From Myxococcota bacterium (GTDB lineage Bacteria > Myxococcota_A > UBA9160 > UBA6930), in contig OZ245002.1 in the NCBI GenBank assembly GCA_965223415.1, forward strand, positions 2,976,001 through 3,040,000: a stretch of DNA of 64,000 bases, read 5' to 3'. The notes under the pieces were generated by a model. That model did no database searches, was not told where the DNA came from, and was given only the letters and a program-made list of their open reading frames with translations. Below, piece after piece: positions 59,366-64,000 of the stretch (positions are counted from its first letter, which is position 1; every line of letters begins with the position of its first letter). The position numbers were made by a program, and so were the translations under genes.

Positions 59366-59489
59366 CATGTCTCGAAAGGCCGTCACGGTGCGGTTGATCC
59401 GAACGGCGCAACTTCGAAAGCTGTGTCTTCAGCTCGCGAGGCGGCCAACGGAGAAGAGTCGTGGCCAGTCGGGCGCCCCAGCGAAGTAG
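59352..59489 (+). CDS. Small basic protein coupled to the nucleotidyltransferase
   Basis: MAKPDMSRKAVTVRLIRTAQLRKLCLQLA; overlaps upstream stop; GGAGG RBS. Confidence 0.5.
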   Translation: MAKPDMSRKAVTVRLIRTAQLRKLCLQLARRPTEKSRGQSGAPAK

Positions 59490-59649
59490 CGTGGCCCGCC
59501 CATCCCGCTCCGCAGGTCCGCTCGGCGGACAGGCTCGACCTCGCTTCGGAACAGGCGTCGTGGATGTGCTTGGCGAGACATCGCTGACACTACATTCCGG
59601 AGACATGGTTTACACTTTCTCCGGCCCGAATGGATTCGGGGCGGGTTCC

Positions 59650-60077
59650 CCCCCGCACGGAGGAGTTCCTGAAGTTCCTCAGGACGATCGACGACAACGT
59701 ACCCGCCGAACTCGACATCCATCTCGTGCTCGACAACTACACCACGCACAAGACGAAGCGAACTCGGAGCTGGCTCGCGCGCCACCCTCGTTTCCACGTG
59801 CACTTCACCCCGACGTACAGCTCATGGCTGAATCAGGTCGAGCGGTTCTTCGCACTCATCACCGAGCGTTGCATCCGTCGCGGCGTGCATCGCAGCACGA
59901 GGGCGCTCGAGAACGACATCCGGAGCTTCCTGAAGACGACGAACGACGATCCGAGACCCTTCGTCTGGACCAAGAGCGCGGATCAGATCCTCGCGAGTGT
60001 GCGGCGCTACTGTGGTCGCGTCCTCGACGTCCACTCCGATTCGAATAGAGTGAATTCTTCTGGCACAGGACACTGGG
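59650..60077 (+). mobile_element. IS630-family transposase 3' remnant
   Basis: EFLKFL...[12 protein letters not shown]...[17 protein letters not shown]...PFVWTK; no N-terminus. Confidence 0.85.
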
Positions 60078-60092
60078 CACAGTGCAAGCGGC

Positions 60093-61223
60093 TCAGGGGC
60101 TTCCGGCCCCGTCCAGCAGCTTCTTGAAGCCGGACGGATCGTGGCGGCCGACGACGATCGTCTCGAGCGTGCCCATCCCGGTGCGTTCGCCCAGCGTCGC
60201 CCGCACGACTTGGTGCGTGTGGAGGAACGGGAGGTCCAGTGGGTTCACTTTGTCCAGGTCCCACTCTTCGCGACCGATCGCCAGCTCGCCCTTCCAGTAG
60301 GCATGGCCCCACTCCGGATGGCCATAGCCGATTCCCAACATGTGGAAGGTCAGCCCCACGGTTTCCAGACTGATGTCGAAGCGCCGATCCCCCTCGTCGC
60401 GGAGATTCAAGCTGGCGCTGTCTGCCCGGCGGGTGCCCGGATGCCACTGGATTCGGTGCGCGGCGTCGGCCATCGTGATCAGGCCCGGCTCGTCGAGTCG
60501 GGGGATCTCGTCGGGGTCGTCGTACAGAGGGATCAGATCGGCGCTGACCTGCGTAGGTCTGCCGTCCCGATCCTCGAAGGTGCCGAACTGGGTCGAGACG
60601 TCCCCGAAGTTCAGCGGGCACCACACCCAGTACACACCCGGTTCCTCGTTGAGCAATCCCGGCGCGCCCCCTTGTGCTTCGCCGACGGGTCGGACGCCCC
60701 AGGACTTGTCGCGGGTGCCATAGGCGTGCGCGACGTCGTGACGCTCGCCGTCCACGCTGAAGAACCCGTCCCAGTAGCCCAGCTGCGTGAAACGCGAGTT
60801 GTGCATGATGAGGTGGCCGTCGTCGTACATGACGTTCTGCGGCTCCTCGTGGGGAACGCTGGCGGAAGTGAAGAGCAAGTCGCACTCCATGCCGTGCTCA
60901 TTCGGTTCGAGCCTCACCCGGATCTGGCGCATGGGTCGCACCACCTCCACCGACAGGGGGCCCACCAGGGTCTCGCCTCGCTCTCGGGGGGCCCGCCGGG
61001 ACCCGTGGAAGGCAAGCTGCCGCCGGCCGAGGGTCACACCGAAGTGCCCATCCATGATCTTGCGGTTCGGGTAGAGGCCAAACCCGATCTCGAACAGGTA
61101 GGTGCCGGCAGCGTCGAAGCCGTTGAACCAATACCGGTCGTAGAAGTTCCGGTCGCTCGGTCCCGGTTGCGCGACAGGCTGGGCGGTCTGGTGGATGCAG
61201 AAGTCGTCGAAGTCGGTGATCAT
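60093..61223 (-). CDS. Conserved hypothetical protein (beta-rich)
   Basis: 376-aa [25 protein letters not shown]. Confidence 0.7.
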   Translation of the reverse strand: MITDFDDFCIHQTAQPVAQPGPSDRNFYDRYWFNGFDAAGTYLFEIGFGLYPNRKIMDGHFGVTLGRRQLAFHGSRRAPRERGETLVGPLSVEVVRPMRQIRVRLEPNEHGMECDLLFTSASVPHEEPQNVMYDDGHLIMHNSRFTQLGYWDGFFSVDGERHDVAHAYGTRDKSWGVRPVGEAQGGAPGLLNEEPGVYWVWCPLNFGDVSTQFGTFEDRDGRPTQVSADLIPLYDDPDEIPRLDEPGLITMADAAHRIQWHPGTRRADSASLNLRDEGDRRFDISLETVGLTFHMLGIGYGHPEWGHAYWKGELAIGREEWDLDKVNPLDLPFLHTHQVVRATLGERTGMGTLETIVVGRHDPSGFKKLLDGAGSP

Positions 61224-61313
61224 CGGTGAACCCGCCGAGAGGTCGAACCCAAACGCACGGTATCACACGGCGTGCGGTTTCTATCGCGCCCACCGAGCAG
61301 GTACGATCAGGCG

Positions 61314-62198
61314 ATGGGAAGGCCGCGGGGAGGCAGAGCCGCGATCGCGGTCCTGGCGTTGATCGGTCTCGTCATCGGCGCGGTGACGTGGGCCGGGGGC
61401 CCTCTTGGATTGCTCATGCAGGTCGGCGCAGCGTCGAATCGGGTGCGGTTCCCGCCGCACGAAGAACGGGTCTACCGCGAGGTCGAGGGCGACGACCTGG
61501 TGGTCAGCATCTTCCGGCCCGATCCCATCGGCGAGGGACCCGATCCGGCGATCCTGTTCATCCACGGGGGGGCCTGGGCGGCAGGCGACAGGGCCATGCT
61601 GTTCCCCTATGCCGAGGCCTTCGCCAGAAGGGGCTGGGCGACCTTCTCGATCGCCTATCGGACGCTTCGAAGCCATGGCACCGACGCACACGTCGCACTG
61701 AGCGATGCGCGACACGCCCTGCGCTGGCTCCACACCCATGCGACGGGCCTCGGGGTGGACCCCTCCCGAATCGTGCTGGCGGGGGGCTCAGCTGGCGGTC
61801 ACCTGGCTGCAGCGACGGCCCTGATCGATCCCGGGTTTCCCGTTGCGGGGCTGTTCTTGCTGAACCCGGCGATCGACACGGCTTCGGAATCGGCCCCAAG
61901 GGCGTGGGGAGACACCGTGGATCGCTTCTCGGGTCGGGGTCGGGAGATCTCTCCTGCCCACCACGTTGCACCGGGGCAACCTCCCACCATCGTGTTCCAT
62001 GGAGTCGAGGACCGCCTGGTGCCCATCGAGCAGGTTCGACGCTTCTGCCGGGCCATGACGCGTTCGGGGAATGTCTGCGAGCTGATCGAGGTGCCCGGTG
62101 CCCGACACGGCCAGTTCAACCACGGGCTCGGTCAATTCGAGATGGTGATCGCCCGCACCGAGGCGTTCCTGCGGGCCCGGGCGCTCTCACCACACTGA
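61314..62198 (+). CDS. Alpha/beta hydrolase (HSL-family esterase)
   Basis: HGGAW, GGSAGG, HGVED, GARHG. Confidence 0.88.
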   Translation: MGRPRGGRAAIAVLALIGLVIGAVTWAGGPLGLLMQVGAASNRVRFPPHEERVYREVEGDDLVVSIFRPDPIGEGPDPAILFIHGGAWAAGDRAMLFPYAEAFARRGWATFSIAYRTLRSHGTDAHVALSDARHALRWLHTHATGLGVDPSRIVLAGGSAGGHLAAATALIDPGFPVAGLFLLNPAIDTASESAPRAWGDTVDRFSGRGREISPAHHVAPGQPPTIVFHGVEDRLVPIEQVRRFCRAMTRSGNVCELIEVPGARHGQFNHGLGQFEMVIARTEAFLRARALSPH

Positions 62199-62208
62199 GG
62201 GTGCCGGG

Positions 62209-63000
62209 CTAGCTCCGCGCCACCGAGTCTGCCCAATGGGAAGCCGGTAGCGCGAGAGCAGCGAGGACCGCGCCAGCCGCCACCCGTGACGCCAGCCTCG
62301 AGCCACGGGCGAGGCGCACGAGCTGTGGGGTGCGGTGGGGGTGCCTCAGGACGAACCGAGCCAACGAGACCAGGTTCGGGTCGCCCTGGGGGCCGATCAA
62401 GGAGAGCACAGCAGCATCGGTGGTCCCGTCGTCGGCCCGATCGCTGACGCCGCGGAAGACCGACCAGGGGCAGCCGCGGGCCTCACAGACGGCGGCGATC
62501 GCAGCGGTCTCCATGTCGATCGCGACGACTCCCTGCGCGGCCAGGCGCTGGGCCTCGATCGGGTCTTCGAGAAGCGCGTCGGACGACACGAGCGTTCCCC
62601 GCTGCGGCCGATCGCCGAGCGGGGCCGGACGAAAGCTCTCGCCGGTTTCCAGGTTCGAGACGAGGTTGGGGCCGATCAGGTCCCCGATCGCACAGTCCCC
62701 GATTCCTCCTGCGATTCCGACGACGATCAGATGGTCGGGCGAGGAGGCGTCCAGAACCTGCCTGGTGCGGTGAGCCGCCGCACGCCTGCCGACGCCCGTG
62801 AGGGCCGCGACCACCTCGATCGCGCCGCAGCGACCCCAGCGGAGCTCGGTCCCGTCTTTGCTCGACCGGGAGAGGCCGAGAGGAGCGACGAGAGGGCGGA
62901 GCTCGCTCCGCATGGGCGCGAGGATCGCGACCCGGCCGGGTTCCGCAGAAACCGGCGTCGTTCGGTTCACGGCAAACGGCTGAAGCACCCGCCGCTTCAC
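62209..63000 (-). CDS. PNP/MTA-SAH nucleosidase family protein (HpnG-like)
   Basis: TGVG, VGIAGG, IDMETAAIA, FRGVSD; start uncertain. Confidence 0.8.
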   Translation of the reverse strand: MKRRVLQPFAVNRTTPVSAEPGRVAILAPMRSELRPLVAPLGLSRSSKDGTELRWGRCGAIEVVAALTGVGRRAAAHRTRQVLDASSPDHLIVVGIAGGIGDCAIGDLIGPNLVSNLETGESFRPAPLGDRPQRGTLVSSDALLEDPIEAQRLAAQGVVAIDMETAAIAAVCEARGCPWSVFRGVSDRADDGTTDAAVLSLIGPQGDPNLVSLARFVLRHPHRTPQLVRLARGSRLASRVAAGAVLAALALPASHWADSVARS

Positions 63001-63006
63001 TCGGAC

Positions 63007-64000
63007 TCAGCCGCGCAGCGCCACCGGCAGACGCAGGGCACCGCGGACCGGTCCCGACTTGAGGCGCTCGACGCGGAGGTCGGTCATGCGGTACTCCGGG
63101 AAGCGCTCCAGCAGCTCCTCGAATGCCACCCGCGCCTCCAGCCGCGCGAGGTTCGCGCCCAGGCAGTAGTGAGCACCGAACCCGAAGGCCAGGTGCGAAT
63201 TCGGGTCGCGGGTCACGTCGAAGCGCTCCGGGTCGGGGATGCGGCGCTCGTCGCGGTTCGCCGACGCGAACAGCAGCAGCACCTGGTCCCCCTTCGGGAT
63301 GGCTTCGCCGTGGAGCGTCACGTCGCACGTGAGCGTGCGGGCCAGGCCCTGGACGGGCGAATCGAAGCGCAGGCACTCCTCGACCGCCGAGGCGACGAGG
63401 GACGGATCCTCCACCAGGGTGCGTCGCTGGTCGGGGTAGCGGGCGAGGTTGATGGCGCCGTTGCTGATCAGGTTGGTCGTGGTCTCGTTGCCCGCCACCA
63501 GCAGCAGGAAGGCGAAGCCGATCGTCTCCACCTCGGTCAGGTTCTCACCGTCGATTTCGGCCGCCAGCAGGGCCGAGAGGAGATCGTCGCGCGGGGCCGC
63601 GCGGCGTTCGGCCAGCCGCTCGGCCAGGTAGGCCCCGAGCTCGATCGCCGGCCCGAGCGTCGCCAGCGCCTCTTCGCCGGCCTGGGCCTGCATCTGGGCG
63701 GGGTCGAACTGCGCGATCTCGACGGACTTCTGCTTGAACCACGCATGGTCCGAGCTCGGGACGCCGAGCAGCTCGGCGATCACCGTGGTCGGGAGCGGCG
63801 CCGAGAAGCCGCGCACGAGGTCCACCTCGTTCCGTCCCTCGAAGGCGTCGAGGAGCCCTCGCGCGATCTCCCGGATGCGACCTTCCAGATCTGCAATGCG
63901 GCGCGGTGTGAAGGCGCGGCTCACGATGGATCTCATCCGCGTGTGGCGCGGCCCGTCCATCATGATGAGCAGGGGCGCCGCGAGCGGGCCGGACTGCTCG
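63007..64000 (-). CDS. Cytochrome P450 (5' end outside window)
   Basis: AGNETT, EECLR, SANRDER, FGFGAHYCLG. Confidence 0.95.
   Translation of the reverse strand, partial: EQSGPLAAPLLIMMDGPRHTRMRSIVSRAFTPRRIADLEGRIREIARGLLDAFEGRNEVDLVRGFSAPLPTTVIAELLGVPSSDHAWFKQKSVEIAQFDPAQMQAQAGEEALATLGPAIELGAYLAERLAERRAAPRDDLLSALLAAEIDGENLTEVETIGFAFLLLVAGNETTTNLISNGAINLARYPDQRRTLVEDPSLVASAVEECLRFDSPVQGLARTLTCDVTLHGEAIPKGDQVLLLFASANRDERRIPDPERFDVTRDPNSHLAFGFGAHYCLGANLARLEARVAFEELLERFPEYRMTDLRVERLKSGPVRGALRLPVALRG

Noticed and set aside
1..64000. CRISPR array or rRNA
   Set aside because: I saw no regularly spaced repeat-spacer array, cas gene or rRNA-like sequence.

Overview
This is a high-GC bacterial chromosome segment; the gene content suggests a Myxococcota/deltaproteobacteria-like organism (inference only). 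Positions 1-41100 are mostly metabolic and housekeeping genes: molybdopterin oxidoreductase, ftsH, ATP-dependent ligase, alr, acyl-CoA dehydrogenases, amidohydrolases, an ECF sigma operon, a SNF2/SWIM pair, a sirtuin and a diguanylate cyclase. Two ORF pairs that the six-frame track splits at TGA read as single selenoproteins with UxxC motifs and 3' SECIS-like hairpins: a membrane-anchored AhpC/TSA redoxin (4445-5209) and an orphan GrdB/PrdB-like protein (38327-39484). An FG-GAP surface protein ends in a CGLGAEL + hydrophobic + Arg-rich tail that looks like a C-terminal sorting signal. Positions 41139-52821 are a decayed defence island bounded by two different, outward-facing tRNA 3' fragments. 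It holds KTSC, a HerA remnant, a DUF499 remnant, HhH and HTH genes and a split tyrosine integrase, broken by three IS21-family elements and an ISNCY-like element. Positions 52822-60080 are a pseudogene-rich accessory tract. All family assignments come from motif recognition by eye; no database searches were run.
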